A DNA stretch of 64,000 nucleotides from Eledone cirrhosa (taxonomy: Eukaryota). Each line of letters opens with the position of its first letter. Positions within the stretch are counted from its first letter, which is position 1. The DNA is taken from positions 29,884,001-29,948,000 of the forward strand of contig OZ024753.1 in NCBI GenBank assembly GCA_964016885.1, read 5' to 3'. The translations under genes were made by a program, and so were the position numbers. The notes below the pieces were generated by a model. It was not told where the DNA came from. It did no database searches and saw only the letters and a list, made by a program, of their open reading frames with translations. Shown in pieces: positions 25,958 through 40,850 of this stretch.

Positions 25958-26866
25958 TTAAGACAGGTGGTTTTGTATCATAGAACCAGAGAGATCTTGG
26001 GTTGATTGCTATCAAAAGGTTTAAAACACACTTTCTGATATATTTGAAGATACTAAAACTAGTTAACATCACTAGTTCTGAGTTTATTATGAATTTGACA
26101 TACATTTTGTAAATGTTATAACTATATATTTGATAAGGTCTTGAGTTCTAATTTAGGCACAAAGCCAGTAAATGTTTGATTCAGCAATGTATGTTGTTCA
26201 ATATATGTTGTTCAATGCTCTATCGATACTGCCAATACACTGCCCTATTATTTGGTAAGATATTAGAAACAATATCTAGCTATAAAGCCTCATCTGTTGC
26301 ATATTCTCTGCAAATCATTGCTAAATTTTTTTACATATATTTACTGGTGTTGATGGAACTTGTGTAAATATGTTATGATGACTGCAGTGGTTAATGTCAC
26401 CCATCTTGAGTAGGAAAAATAAAATATCAACCATATAATATTAAATTTTCATCAGTGAAGGAAGGTTCTGTTTCTTACAATAGGGAAATTGTTGACTTCT
26501 TTGTTATTCTGATTCATTTTATTTCTTTGTTCCCTAATTCTCTGTTGGTGATTTGGAGATTAAATAATTTCTTTTAAAGTATAGCCCTTGATCCAAGAGG
26601 AATGGCTTCACTTATAGCCTGAATATTATTCCTTTCTGCATCGGATTATGGAGTTTCTGGGGATTAATACAATTAATGGGCCATGCAATCTCAAAACCTA
26701 TGCAGATCTAATTCCTTTTTAGTTATATATATGTATGTGTGTGTATCAAATATTTCAAGAGATGGTGACTTGAAAAGACCTGTTTTTTTCTCTGAGAATT
26801 TCTTTTTTTCTTTTCTGCCATTGCCCACTCTACTCTATCTTTCTATTTCTTTAATTTCTCATTCAA

Positions 26867-26902
26867 TTTTCTGATGAAGGTCTAGTGTCCGATACGTTAA
26901 GA
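26867..26902 (+). ncRNA. Degenerate minimal hammerhead motif (Penelope pseudo-LTR type)
   Basis: TTTT-CTGATGA-agg..cc-GATAC-GT-T-AAGA. The GAAA box reads GATA. Confidence 0.45.
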
Positions 26903-26989
26903 CTCTTTTCCTATTATATCAAGTGTAAAACTAATAATATATTTCTTCATTGTACTGTGTCATTTGCTTTGTTATTTCTGTTTGCCCTT

Positions 26990-27025
<36 letters not shown>

Positions 27026-27044
27026 CACACACTCACAGACACAC

Positions 27045-27290
27045 TATTGGTTACATGAAGTAAGAGGGAGGACAAAAGCATTATCAAACATACCAGTGAC
27101 ATTGTCCAGCAACCCTCACCCTTGCACGATCTGTGGATCTGTGAACTTGCAAATCCTTGGCAAAACTAAAATATCATACTCGAGACATAAACATCCAAAC
27201 TGAATAAACTGAATAGGTTTTTTGAATCCTCTTACATCAAAATCGACAGGAGAGTCCATCATACTATAACCTCTCCACACACACTATGTA
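27045..27290 (+). mobile_element. Degenerate 3' end of an RTE/BovB-type LINE with C2H2 finger
   Basis: Joining frames gives PCTICG..TCKSLAKLKYHTR..KHPN*, a frameshifted C2H2 finger followed by a stop. Confidence 0.45.
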
Positions 27291-30200
27291 ATATATGTAT
27301 GTGTGTATTCATTTTGTATCTTAGTTAAATCTATTAATTTCTTATGCCGTTGTAGCCTTACTCTGAATAATTTGAGTAAATATTTAAAATCGTTATTGGA
27401 TTACAACAATCATATGACTATATGTTTGGCTGCCAAATATATTTCTCTTGGAAATCGACTGGTATTGACTGCAGTCCAAATAACTGGTATACTTCTACAT
27501 TTCTTTGCAGCAAGTTGGTTCCATGAACTTAAATTTATTGATTATTTTCAATTAGTAAAAAGAAGAAAAAAATAATAACCAAATTTACTCGTATATCAGT
27601 TTTTCTCTGTATAACACATAGTATTAAAAAATACCAGTGTGATATCTTCTAATATCTCCACTGATATAGTAACAGTATGAAATGAGTTAATTTTAGCTAA
27701 TAATCTGGAAATATTTAAAGGAATCTTACTATTTAGGGTTAGTAAAATTATATGTAGTCACTTGGCTTTTCCATTTCGTCTTTGCATTTCATTAGGGAAA
27801 TCTATGCTAATCATAAAAAATAAATTAGTTGCTTCTGTTCAGTTTTTCAATTTAAAGTAAATTTTTTTTTTATTGCACTTTAAGCATGATGATGATGATG
27901 TCTTGTTATATATATTTTTAATTTTATTTTAAATAACTGTTTCTACTTTTTGGCACAAGGCCAGCAATTATCCCAGTGCATTACTGGTACTTTATTTTAT
28001 CGACCCCATAAGGATGAAAGGCAAAGTTAACCCTGGCAACAGCAGTAAATTATTCACATCCCTGCAAATTTGCATCGTTTTTATTTATTATCTAAAATTT
28101 TTAATGGGTAAAATTTTTAGTCCTTCATACTTTAATTTAAATGTTGCTTCTAATTTTTGGCTTCAACTAACTCTGATGATTTTAGATTACTTAGGCTACA
28201 TGGTGATTTGCCAACCCATCTTTCATAATTTTTTTTTTAATTACTTACAAGTGGTTACTGCTACATAGCTTCTTGGCAATAGCTATTGATCTTGATAAGA
28301 TAGTATAAGATGCAGAACATTTTCTAGCAAGGTTACGAGAATACTGTGTGTTATTTATGGAAGAAAATGAAAGAAGCCCTAAGCCAAATATCAAAAACTT
28401 CTAGTAAAAATATCATTATCAGAGAAGTTTAATGCAAACTCTTTGGTTACTGCTTCTAGAGAAAATAGTCTATTTTGGGGTCAATTATGATGGGAAATAC
28501 TGACATATTCTTACAAACATTGAGGTACAGATCCCAAATTACTCAGGTATTTGGTATAGGAAGAAAGTTTCTTATTGCTCAAGATGAGCATGTGTAAACA
28601 TATATTTACACATACACTTGCTTATTTTGTTTAGTTTGGAAAGGATTTCATTGAGATAATTGTATATGTTTGTACTTTTTTTAAGTTTCATCACTCAGAG
28701 TTGTTCCTCTCTTAACATAACACATTGCATTTTCTATATTTGAAAACATCCATTAGAGTACAATATGTACCCTGTTTCTACAGTGCAAACTCATTCTGAG
28801 TATGTGGCTAAATCAGTGTAGCAAGCGCTATCTCCAGCAACAGAAAAAATATTGTCACTTATGATGCATAAAGTTTTGATTGTATAAAGATTTTAGTTCC
28901 TTTGCTTAATCATTTTATATAAATCAAAGCTACTTCTAAGGATTTAGCAGAAAATATCTAAAACTGAGCTTGATAATTCAAACGTTTATAGTATCTTGAC
29001 TGTGTGACAAATCATGAAATTTTACTATATTAAAAATTTCAATTTTTAATATGATGCAGTCATAGTACTGTTTTTATACTTGCCAAGAATGACTTGCGAA
29101 TGTGCTTTCATGTGGTACCAGACATTAGAAATATTAAAATTGTGTGTGTGTGTGTTTACACCTGTAAAATTAATTTAATTTGCATTTTACATTCAGAATG
29201 TATTGTTTTTTTCCCTTCCTGAATTGTATTCAATTTTTGTGAATAGTTCTGTTTCTTAATTATTCACTAATAATTATTTACTCCTCAGTTATTTGAAGTT
29301 ATTTTAAGTTGAATATATTCTGCTCTCTGTTTTACTAAAAACATTTTAAGGGCTTTTGCAGTGCTTTTTGTTACAACTGTATCAAAATGACAACAAAATT
29401 ATCTATTGATGCCAACATACCATATATTCCAAGTGGCAAATTTGCAGAATCATTAGAACATTGGAAAAAATGCTTTGTGGTATTTCATTGAGTTTAAATC
29501 CTGTTGTCAACTTTGTCTTTCATCCTTTCAAAGTCAATAAAAAAAATGCAGCAGTTCAGTACTAGAGTCAATTCTTCCTCTACATCTCTTTCTTGTTTCC
29601 TCTCTCACTATCAATCTTTTTCTCTGTCTCTTGAAGAAATCAGTTATGCTCAGACCAGGAGAGGGGATGGGCTCCACCAGGTTTAAAGTGTCCAAAGAAA
29701 TGCCTTATGTTATAATAGTGCTCCTACAACTCCACCAGGCGTCACAGGACCTTACACACACACACACACACACACACTATATGGGTTAGAAGGGTTGTCC
29801 CATTAGAGGCTAGTTGGGTCAGGTGACTGTCTTGCTCATGTAGGACTGTTACTGGCTAGATTTCTACGGCTGGATGCCCTTCTTAATGCCAACCACATTT
29901 ACAGTGTGGGTTGGATGCTCTTAGTCGTGACACCTACATGACCACTTTACAGTATGAGCTGTGTGCTTCCATTGAAAGCAGCCTCACTTCCTATAGTAGT
30001 TCTAAAAGGTATTTAAATCCAATTTACTGCATCTTTTATTTTTCTCTGTAAAGGTAATTTGAATGAATCATTTCTAAAGTCAGCTATGCATTCATCTGAG
30101 AAGATTGTAATCATATAATCACACCATAGAAATTATTATTTGAAACAAAACAAATTTTTATCATTACATCATGTAAAAGTTTCCATTTCTCTTTTCACTT

Positions 30201-33079
30201 TTACTTTATTATTATTATTGTTTTTATTTATTCATTTAGGAAAAAAGATTTTCAATTTCTACCTAGAATGTTTTCTTCAGAATAAACTTATTTGTTGTTG
30301 TTGTTTCTGTTATTGTTAGTATTTGTAGTTGGTTGCAAACCTAAATTTTTGTTTCAAAGTAGTTTATGGTTTCTTGTTCAACATCTCCATCTCAACTTCC
30401 CTAGCACAACCTGAACTAACTTCTAAAAATTCTTTATAGTTTTTTTGTTGGTGATCATTGTTGTTTTGAAGCCTAATTGTTCTTGTTTATATTTTGGATG
30501 AGGGTGGTGGTGGTGGATTTCAAATGTCTTATTAATTTCAAGTTTGATTAAAATAGGCTGTTCATTTCGTAAGTTTGTGTTCAAAAGGTTTATGAAATCG
30601 ATAAAGAAGAGAAATTAACTCACCTTAATCTGAGATTAACACAGAATGGAATAGAAAGATATTGGTTCATGTTAAAAAAACAACAACAGAATATTAAGAT
30701 GTAATATCTGTTTGTTAAATTATTACCATATGGTAAACAAAAACAAAAATTTAATTGGAAATTTTCTCATCAGCTAATTTTGTTTTTGAAAATTGGCATT
30801 ATATGCTTATTTTCTTTTTCTTTTTTTTTTTTTAAAATCTGTTTGGATAAACTTTTGAAATCTTACTATAATCCACTGTATTTAAATGTGTTACTAAAGA
30901 GAATACAAAATTATAATTAAAAGTGGGGAGAAAAAGTTCTGTTTTAATCAATGTGTCTTTTAAGACTTGATGCCTATTTCTCCAGTTGGATAGTTGTTAA
31001 TATTTGGACTTCATGTTGGTCACCATCAGGACCTTTAGTGTCCTCAGTCCCTGAACTGCTATTTTCCTCCATGGAATTGGGAGGAGTGTATCTCACCTGA
31101 AGAAAGGAGCCTTGTAAGGTAGAATGGCAGATGTAGCAGATGTTGTTGTCTGTTCTCCTTTGCCATTTTGTCTGCAGGACTCAGCTAAGATATACAGTCT
31201 AGACTGGGGTATAGAGTCTGACATTCCTGCCCCCTTCCTTGCCCTTTTGCTATTTAATTTTTTCTCTTTTTCTTATTTTTAATAAACTTATTACTAATTA
31301 TGAAATTATACTAATTCTAATGTTAATTAAAGAATAAACTTTGGTTTAACATATTTAAAACACTGATGGAAAATATAATTATTGACTCCGAAAGAATGAA
31401 AGGCAAATTTCACCATGTTGTGGTTTGAATTCAGAGTGCAGAGGGTAAGAAAAATGCAGATGCTCTCACAGTTCTGTTAATTTGCTGCCAACTGTACATA
31501 AGCTCATAATTTATATGTATACATGTGTTGTGTCCAATTTTGTCTATGTCTTATAATCTAGTTATTTGACAAAAAGAAATAAGTACCACACTTGAAAATG
31601 AATATGCACTGGGGCCAATATGATTGACTAAATCCTTTAAAGATGGTGCTCCAGTATGGTCGCAGCCAAATGATTACAATCAGTTAAGAAAACATTTCAA
31701 GTAAGGTTTGATGCAGACCATGACAACCCAGTCATCTCATGAGAACATATTGAATTGATACATTGCTCCTAATCATGTTCTGATTCAATACCATTTCTGT
31801 TATCTCAGTGCTCAAACTACTCTTAAAATGTTGATGAAGTAGTAGTAGCAGCAGCAGCAGCAACACCAAGAGCTGCAGTATGGACATTTTTTAAAATGTA
31901 CTGAGCACTATCACTATCTGTGAAGGGTTAACCATTAAAGGATTTGCTCATGCCATGTTCATATACCATCCATTTACTTTGATCCTTCTGATTTTAGTTG
32001 TCTGATGTGTAATTGTTTCATTGGTTTATGAGCTTACAAGTTATAAATGAGATTTCCGTAGGAAATTTGTCATTAGTCTTTATCACAAGAGCATCAAATA
32101 GTAAGCTAAATTGAGATTTGGCTGATATCAATCCACATTTCAGTTTCCTCAACTCTAGTAGTAGAGTTCTTGGCAACTAGCATGTCTGTAATTTATGGCC
32201 CATGGTCTCATAAAGTCCTCTTCACCCCTTGGTGCTTATAATTTTTAATGGTCATTGATAGGTGGGTAGAATTCCCAAGAGTAGACTATCCCATTGATTT
32301 ATTACATCTACTGTCAGTGTAATTACTCACCACTAAACACATCTATTATTACTGTCTATTCTGTTACCAAGGTGGTGAATTGGCACAGTCATTAGGGCAT
32401 CAGAATAAAATGCTTACGTATGTGTGCTGGCTCACTGAGCTCTGAGCTCAAATCTTGCTGAGGTCAACTTTGTCTTTCATCCTTTCATGGTGATACAGTA
32501 CCAGTCCAATACTAGGGTCAATTTTCTCATTTGAAGGAATGAGCTGTGTTTAAACCTAGAGAGGGTTGAGCTTGGCCAGGTTTTCTTTTTAAAAATGTCC
32601 TAGACATGCTGTGTATCAAGATGTTACCTCTTTACCTACCTGTTATATTATTCTGTTATCAACATTACCACTATGACCAATATAATTACTAAACTACTAA
32701 CATCATCCTTCTGATCATCATCATCATGCCTCAATGCATCTACCACTACTAGACTACTAGTGCACTATGAATTCTACTATATAAATATCACTGTTACTAT
32801 ACTAATTACCACTCAAGCTATATCTGCAATCTACTATCACCATGACGCTATCATTCAAATAAGGTAATTGTTCAAAAGATAAATAGATTAAAAAGTTAGC
32901 TGTGAAATATTATCAGAGTGTTTCCATGTCCCCATTGTTTATTGGATGAATTATTGACTGTACAGTCTTCCACAGACCAATATATATAGCCAATTACAGC
33001 TATTTATTGGTTATCACAACCAGTTCAAAGACTAGTTTATATCCCCAAATACAAACAGACCTGTGTGTGCACAAACACA

Positions 33080-34255
<1,176 letters not shown>

Positions 34256-34295
<40 letters not shown>

Positions 34296-34304
34296 GTATA
34301 TATA

Positions 34305-34382
<78 letters not shown>

Positions 34383-34569
34383 GTGTATATATATATATAT
34401 ATAATGTGTATATATATATATATATATAATGTATATATATAATGTATATATATATATACATTTATGCTAGGCATACTATCTATATATACACACACCGACA
34501 CCCACATGTATGTATGTATATATATATATTATATATGTATATATATATATATATTATATATATATATAC

Positions 34570-34616
<47 letters not shown>

Positions 34617-34648
34617 TATATATATACATTATATATATATATATATAC

Positions 34649-34692
<44 letters not shown>

Positions 34693-34696
34693 ATAC

Positions 34697-34785
<89 letters not shown>

Positions 34786-34789
34786 ATAC

Positions 34790-34836
<47 letters not shown>

Positions 34837-34868
34837 TATATATATACATTATATATATATATATATAC

Positions 34869-34918
<50 letters not shown>
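34256..34918. repeat. (TA)n microsatellite with AATG/CATT interruptions that switch strand near 34460-34520
   Basis: TATAATG units on the left, TATACAT units on the right. Confidence 0.9.
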
Positions 34919-34925
<7 letters not shown>

Positions 34926-34941
34926 TAAAATAACAGATTAA

Positions 34942-34992
34942 AGTTTAAGCAAAGAATCGCTGCTTTCACCCTTAACGGGATCTTCTGAAACT
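34942..34992 (-). ncRNA. Type I hammerhead-like motif, variant core CAGAAGA
   Basis: Stem I AGUUU/AAACU, CAGAAGA, U-CCC-guuaa-GGG-U, GAA, stem III AGCA/UGCU, U at position 17. Confidence 0.6.
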
Positions 34993-35970
34993 AACAAAGT
35001 CAATCTGTAAACGCAGAACTGGATATTTCAAAAAACGTTGGAACCGGAGGAAGACAGGAAGACGATACTTTGGTTCGTGGTAACGTTCGCTGGCAAAGAA
35101 CGGGAAAAAACAAATAATACGTCTTTAATAGGAGCAGTGAAAAACAATTATGCGCAAAGACAAAACCACGTTTATGGTATAAAAGAGGTCGTAGACTAAT
35201 GTTCTCTTAGGTGGTGCATAGAGACGTTCTCTGGCAATGAACGAAAAAACGAAGATAATAAGTCATATGTGGAGCGTGGAGAACAATAGCACGCAAAGAC
35301 AAAACCACGTAAATGGTATAGCAGAAATCGTAGACTAAAATTCTAACTAGGAGACCAAATGAATCTCCGCTACAGAGTTAAGAACAAAGTAAATAAATAC
35401 AATACAGAAGTAATAGAAACAAATAAATACATACACGCAAACAGATACGTATATACACAAGCATACGCAAAACCTTACCATGGGTATACAAAACCACGCA
35501 CATATAAATATGTGTGTGTGTGTATGCTTGTGTACAAATAAATAAATAATTAATTAAATAATTAATAATTAAATAATTAATTAATCAATTAATAATTAAT
35601 TAAATAATTATATAAACGTATATAAGTAAATAAATACGTATATAACAAGCGCACACGTATACCTACATATAAATAGACGAATGTTCGGAGACGTAAGTCA
35701 ACTAAAACAAGAAGTACACACACCCACCATACGTACGAACCTGCACACTCACGCGCACGCAAAACTCCCGTATACACATAGCCAAACCCTAAATACCAGA
35801 GTATGTAAAAATTATACGCTATAACAGTCAAATATACGTACGAGAAGGTATACATACCTTCACAAAACATACGGGTAATATATACTTACCTATGCAAATA
35901 AGTAAAGGAATAAACAAAACATATACTTAGCTCCCACATCAAGACGTAAAATATCCACGTATAGATCGTG

Positions 35971-36480
35971 CTATCCGTTAGGGTATAACGTGGGGCTGTA
36001 ATACAGGAAAGTTTTGTGCAATTTATGTTTACAAGCCGAAATTGCCTCAGATTTTTTGTTTAAGATGTGGTCTGTAGCGTAGAGTATTTCCAGGGCCTCA
36101 GCGGCGCAGAGGTCACATGGTCTTTTATTTCCGTTATACGATCTAGCCCTAGCTAGGATCTCCCAGTGTAACTTATATTGGGTGTGGTTGTCTTTTAGAC
36201 TCCAGATATAAGCTGAAAGTGACGTCATATTCCTTCTTAGAGGGTAACGAAAAGAATGGGTATGCATGTAAAGACGCTGCTTGAAACTATTGGCGGTTAA
36301 CCCTATGTAGGCCCTACGGGACGTGGGTGTTACAACCTTACATTTGTAGACAATGTTATTAGAGAGGCATTTCCCGGATAGGGGGCAATCAGCCCGATTC
36401 CTACAATTACAGTTAGTACTAACTACAGGGTTGCACGTGTCCCTATGGCTAGGTAGTTTAGCTAAATTTGAAGCTATTGC
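35971..36480 (-). pseudogene. GIY-YIG endonuclease domain of a Penelope-like element (Naiad-like), 5'-truncated
   Basis: The frame stays open upstream of the listed ATG: CNCRNRADCPLSGKCLSNNIVYKCKV...AYIGLTANSFKQRLYMH...WEIL...CDLC..E...LNKKSE..SACKH. Confidence 0.88.
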
Positions 36481-36721
36481 CAGAGAACGTCTCTATGCAC
36501 CACCTAAGAGAATATTAGTCTACGACCTCTTTTATACCATAAACGTGGTTTTGTCTTTGCGCGTAATTGTTTTTCACCGCTCCTATTAATGACGTATTAT
36601 TTGTTTTTTCCCGTTCTTTGCCAGCGAACGTTACCACGAACCAAAGTATCGTCTTCCTGTCTTCCTCCGGTTGCAACGTTTTTTGAAATATCCAGTTCTG
36701 CGTTTACAGATTGACTTTGTT

Positions 36722-36772
36722 AGTTGCAGAAGATCCCGTTAAGGGTGAAAGCAGCGATTCTTTGCTTAAACT
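36722..36772 (+). ncRNA. Type I hammerhead-like motif, variant core CAGAAGA (inverted pLTR copy)
   Basis: Same as 34942-34992 with one stem I mismatch. Confidence 0.55.
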
Positions 36773-36925
36773 TTAATCTGTTATTTTAATAAATATTTGC
36801 TCTACGGTTCTTATATATTTGATATATATTTTCCTTATCGAGCCCTCTTTGGATTTTAGTCTTCAATTTTATTATTATTACTATTTGGCTCCTTTGGTTG
36901 AGCACTCTACTGACTTATATTCATC

Positions 36926-37116
36926 ATGCAGAAACAACATCTGAATATTTCTACAAAGAACATACCCGTACCAAGCAGGAAAACATACCTAAAACTCCTG
37001 TTACAGAAAACAGACGCGTTCATTAAAAGGTTGCGTTAGCGTGCCTTTTATTTCGATAATCCGCGAAAAGCAGACAACAAACAGGATAAATTTGGATTTA
37101 AAACTTATAATAACCC
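36926..37116 (+). pseudogene. N-terminus of the same Penelope-like ORF, carried on the inverted copy
   Basis: MQKQHLNISTKNIPVPSRKTYLKLLLQKTDAFIKRLR*RAFYF, then KFGFKT in a shifted frame. The TAG at 37037 falls where W is expected. Confidence 0.7.
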
Positions 37117-37159
<43 letters not shown>

Positions 37160-37163
<4 letters not shown>

Positions 37164-37398
37164 ATACTTGGGGAGGGTCATATTTGCGTAATATTGCCAG
37201 AATTAATAACAGAACACACTCACTGTTTGGTTGGTTTTCGCTTCTCGCTGTCTTTTATATCTGTAATCTAACTTACTCGGTCCTCAATGTTGCCATTGAC
37301 TGACCGACGGTCAAAAATAATACAGATACAATATAGACACAAACACATATATATAGTTTACATAATTTACATAAATCTTTCGTTGCACATCTGCAACA
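37160..37398. mobile_element. Candidate solo LTR
   Basis: TGTT...AACA termini. The left end (ATACTTGGGGGAGGGTCAT) recurs near 21171 and 44910. No TSD seen. Confidence 0.4.
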
Positions 37399-37757
37399 TC
37401 GTCAGTGGTGTTATATTTTTTTCCTCCTGTTGTGTTGTATGTCTACGCCATTTTTTTTATTCAGTCTGTCTATATATTTATTTATTTATTTGCTTGTTTG
37501 TTTATTTTATTTTGTCTTCTTTGTGCATGCGTTTGCGTGTGTGTATAGTGTTATGTGTGCTGTGTGACTAGTGTGTATAGTGTTGTGTCTGTTGGGTGAC
37601 TAGTGTGTGTTTATGTGCTTGTTGTTATTGTGCTTGTGTATGTATTTATTTATCTTATTTTATTTTATTTTATTTACTTATTTATACTTCTCTTAGGTCA
37701 GTGTTGTTTGTTTGGGTGTTGTTGTTGTTCCACTCATTCTTTCTGTTTAGCTGTAAA

Positions 37758-38001
37758 TCGTGTAGGTGTCACGACAAAAAAACACACAGTCCACGTTGTA
37801 ATGTGGCCATGTAGGCAACACGGTAAAAACCTCCCAGACCCACACTGTAAATGTGGTTGGTGTTAGGAAGGGCATCCAACTGTAGAAAACCTGCCAGACA
37901 GTCTTATGCGAGCAAGACAATCACTCTTGCCTCAAGTGGGAAAACCCCCGTCCAAACCCATGCAAGCGTGGAACACGGACGTTAAACGTTGATGATGATG
38001 A
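37758..38001 (+). mobile_element. RTE 3' UTR fragment with (GAT)n tail
   Basis: Reverse complement of ~10108-10356. Confidence 0.85.
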
Positions 38002-38948
38002 TATAATGTATATAAAGTATATATATATATATATATATATAATGTATATAATGTATATATATATATATATATATATATACATTCAAGGGCGGTGCCCCAG
38101 CATGGCCTCAGCCGGATGGCTGAAACAGGTAAAAGTAAAAGAATATATATATATATAATGTATATATGTATATATATATATATAATATATATATATACAT
38201 ACATACATGTGGGTGTCGGTGTGTGTATATATAGATAGTATGCCTAGCATAAATTGTTTTACATTACAGGTTTCTAATGGGCCAATTACATATTTCCTTC
38301 TGAAATGAGTTTAACTGTTTTGATACCAACCCAGTTGAAACAAAACCACCTATTTCAAAGTATTCCTATATAAATTAAAATCATATATTAACCCTTTAGC
38401 ATTTAAACCACCCATATTCGGCCAGAATTCTCTCACCTCTTCCTGTTCAAACCGGCCATAATTGACCACTCATACCGAAAAATGCTTCAATCACACTGAA
38501 TTTCGTGTGATATAATGTTTAGAACAAACATGTTCAATTTAAGATATCTGACCATAAACTTGCTCTCAAATATTTTACTCTATTTGATTAGTTCATTGGT
38601 TAAATGGAGCGAAAGGAATAAAGGTCACTTGAGCTTGATTTTCAGTGTAAGTATAGAGAGAAAGAATGTGTCCCATTGATCCTTTCCATGTAGCAGAAAG
38701 CTTTGCATCTTCCAAGAAATGTCAGAAAAGTAACTACAAGAATAACTAATGAGTTTGTGACAGCTCATCATTGGTTTTTAGTTATCCTTTGATGATCGTT
38801 TGTCCTGTCCTGTCATTGTGAATAAAAGTTTGCTATGTGTTGGTTTGTTTATATTTTTAGTTAACCCCTTTGTTACCATATTTCTAATTAATGGAAGGTT
38901 TTAATATAAGTATGAATATTTTAAAATGAGCAGATGTATATTTTAAAA

Positions 38949-39190
38949 CCTAGTGGTAAGGGTGTTGGACTTACGATCGTAATGTTGTGGGTTTTATTCC
39001 TGGGCTGGGTTGCATGTTGTGTTCTTGAATGAAACACTTCATTTCACGTTGCTCCAACTGAAAATGAGTACCGGCAATAGCTGGGGATTTAACCCTATGA
39101 TGGACTGGTGTCGTGTCCAGTGGGGAGCCTTGTTCTCTCAGTAACTTCACGCTATGAAACCAGAATAAACACTGGCTCAATGTGTTGCTT
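38949..39190 (+). mobile_element. Older tRNA-derived SINE with a different tail
   Basis: CCTAGTGG A-box remnant, degenerate B box, CORE-like GTGTTCTTGAATGAAACACTT, then AACCCTATGATGGACTGG. Confidence 0.6.
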
Positions 39191-39781
39191 GCATCGCATC
39201 AGAGCATGCATGTATATCTTAAAACCAGGGCTGTTTCACGTGGTTTTGTACAAAAAAGGTTAAAAATGAAGTAAAAACATTTCACGTTTTTTGTTGGCTC
39301 ACTGTTTGTGGTAAAAATTCATGGATTCATTGAATACATCAATCTCACTTCAATACACAGTGAACAGCTCTAGGATAGGCATACACATTGCTAAAAACAT
39401 TACTACATGTATTTAAACATGGTGAATATCTTCCTTTAATTTATATAGAAATTTTTTTTCTGTTAGTGTAAATTTTATTTTGATTCAGTATATCTTACAT
39501 AAGAGAAACACATTTTAATACATGAAAAGATGGAGAAAAAATAAATTGAAATATAAGCATTTATTGAACTCAATATTATGGCCTCATACTTCGATGTTGG
39601 GTTATGCTGACATTTTCACACACCCATCTCATCCCCTCGACCATCTCTTCCCCACTTCTCACTCACACAAAATAAAAAAAATCACTTTTAGTAGTTTATA
39701 AGTGCAGATTACTGTTACATATTTTTATAAAATCTTCTTTTATCTAAGAATGCCACAACTATTTTGGCATTCATAAATATA

Positions 39782-39873
<92 letters not shown>

Positions 39874-40539
39874 GTATATATATATTTTTCCCAGATTTCT
39901 TTTTAACCTATAAGTTAAGTCTACTGATCAGAGTGACTGGTGCCAGGTCTGGAGAGAGCACTGAGTAGAGAATTTTTGTTATTTCTGTTAAACATTAATA
40001 GAACACATCTCTGAAATATCTAGTAGGATTTTGTCTTGATCAAAAACAATGGCTTTTTAGATATAAGATATTGGTGCATATTTCTAAGAATTTGGCTTAA
40101 ATTTTTCAATTGCTGACAGTTATGCTCAACATTTGTATATTGGTTTGATTCTAAAAGTTGTACTTAATTCTTTACATATTCTCTCTGAACATAGACCAAC
40201 CCAGAATTACATATCAAAGATAGAATTGTATCATCATCCTTTCTTTGATGTTTGAAAATATGTTTTCCAATGTTGGATGAATGTCATGTATACTTTTTAT
40301 AAGGTTTTATCCGAGAATGTTTTTTCTATCTTTCTATTGTAATTCAATACAAAATATATCCTTACATTTGACATACACATGCCTCCCTTTGTCCATTAAT
40401 GTCTTTAAGCTATAACATAAACTTAACATACATGATGGTTATGATTCAGAAAATACAGTTTTAGATATTTGGCTAGCTCTACTTTTCTGAATGCAGTATG
40501 TAGTGTGATTATGATGTATCTGAATGTATAATGAATCAA

Positions 40540-40850
40540 GGTGCATGACGTAGTGGTTAGGTTGGTATGAGTTCAATTCCTGGATCGGACAGCGTATTGA
40601 GTCATTGAGCAAGACCCTATATTTCACGTTGCTTCAGTCTACTCAGCAGCTAGCAAAAATGAATTGTACTTGTGACAAGGGGTCAGCCTTGTCTCATATT
40701 GTCATGCTGAATCTCCCTAAGAACTACATTAAGGATGTGTATGTATCTATGGAATACTCAGCCACTTACAGATTAATTTAACAAGCAGAGAGTTCCATTG
40801 ACTGAACCAACTGGAGCACTCATGTACACGACAGGTACAAAAACAACACC
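40540..40850 (+). mobile_element. Older tRNA-derived SINE; 3' part shared with 49470-49640
   Basis: A/B boxes, TTGAGCAAGAC core, and a GAATCTCCCT..GAAC..C.TTAAGG block in both copies. Confidence 0.6.

Larger units (their letters stand above)
34919..37116 (-). mobile_element. Penelope-like element: 5'-truncated body plus inverted pseudo-LTR
   Basis: GIY-YIG frame at 35971-36480 (-). 34919-35238 is the reverse complement of 36476-36795. Both ends abut (TA)n. Confidence 0.88.

Noticed and set aside
31095-31150. Possible CCHC knuckle CYICHSTL.KAPF on the minus strand
   Set aside because: Needs a frameshift and a substitution, and has no supporting context.
35971-36480. Selenocysteine recoding, reported for some Naiad elements
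   Set aside because: All conserved Cys positions in this fragment are TGT/TGC, with no in-frame TGA. The stop at 37037 is TAG.
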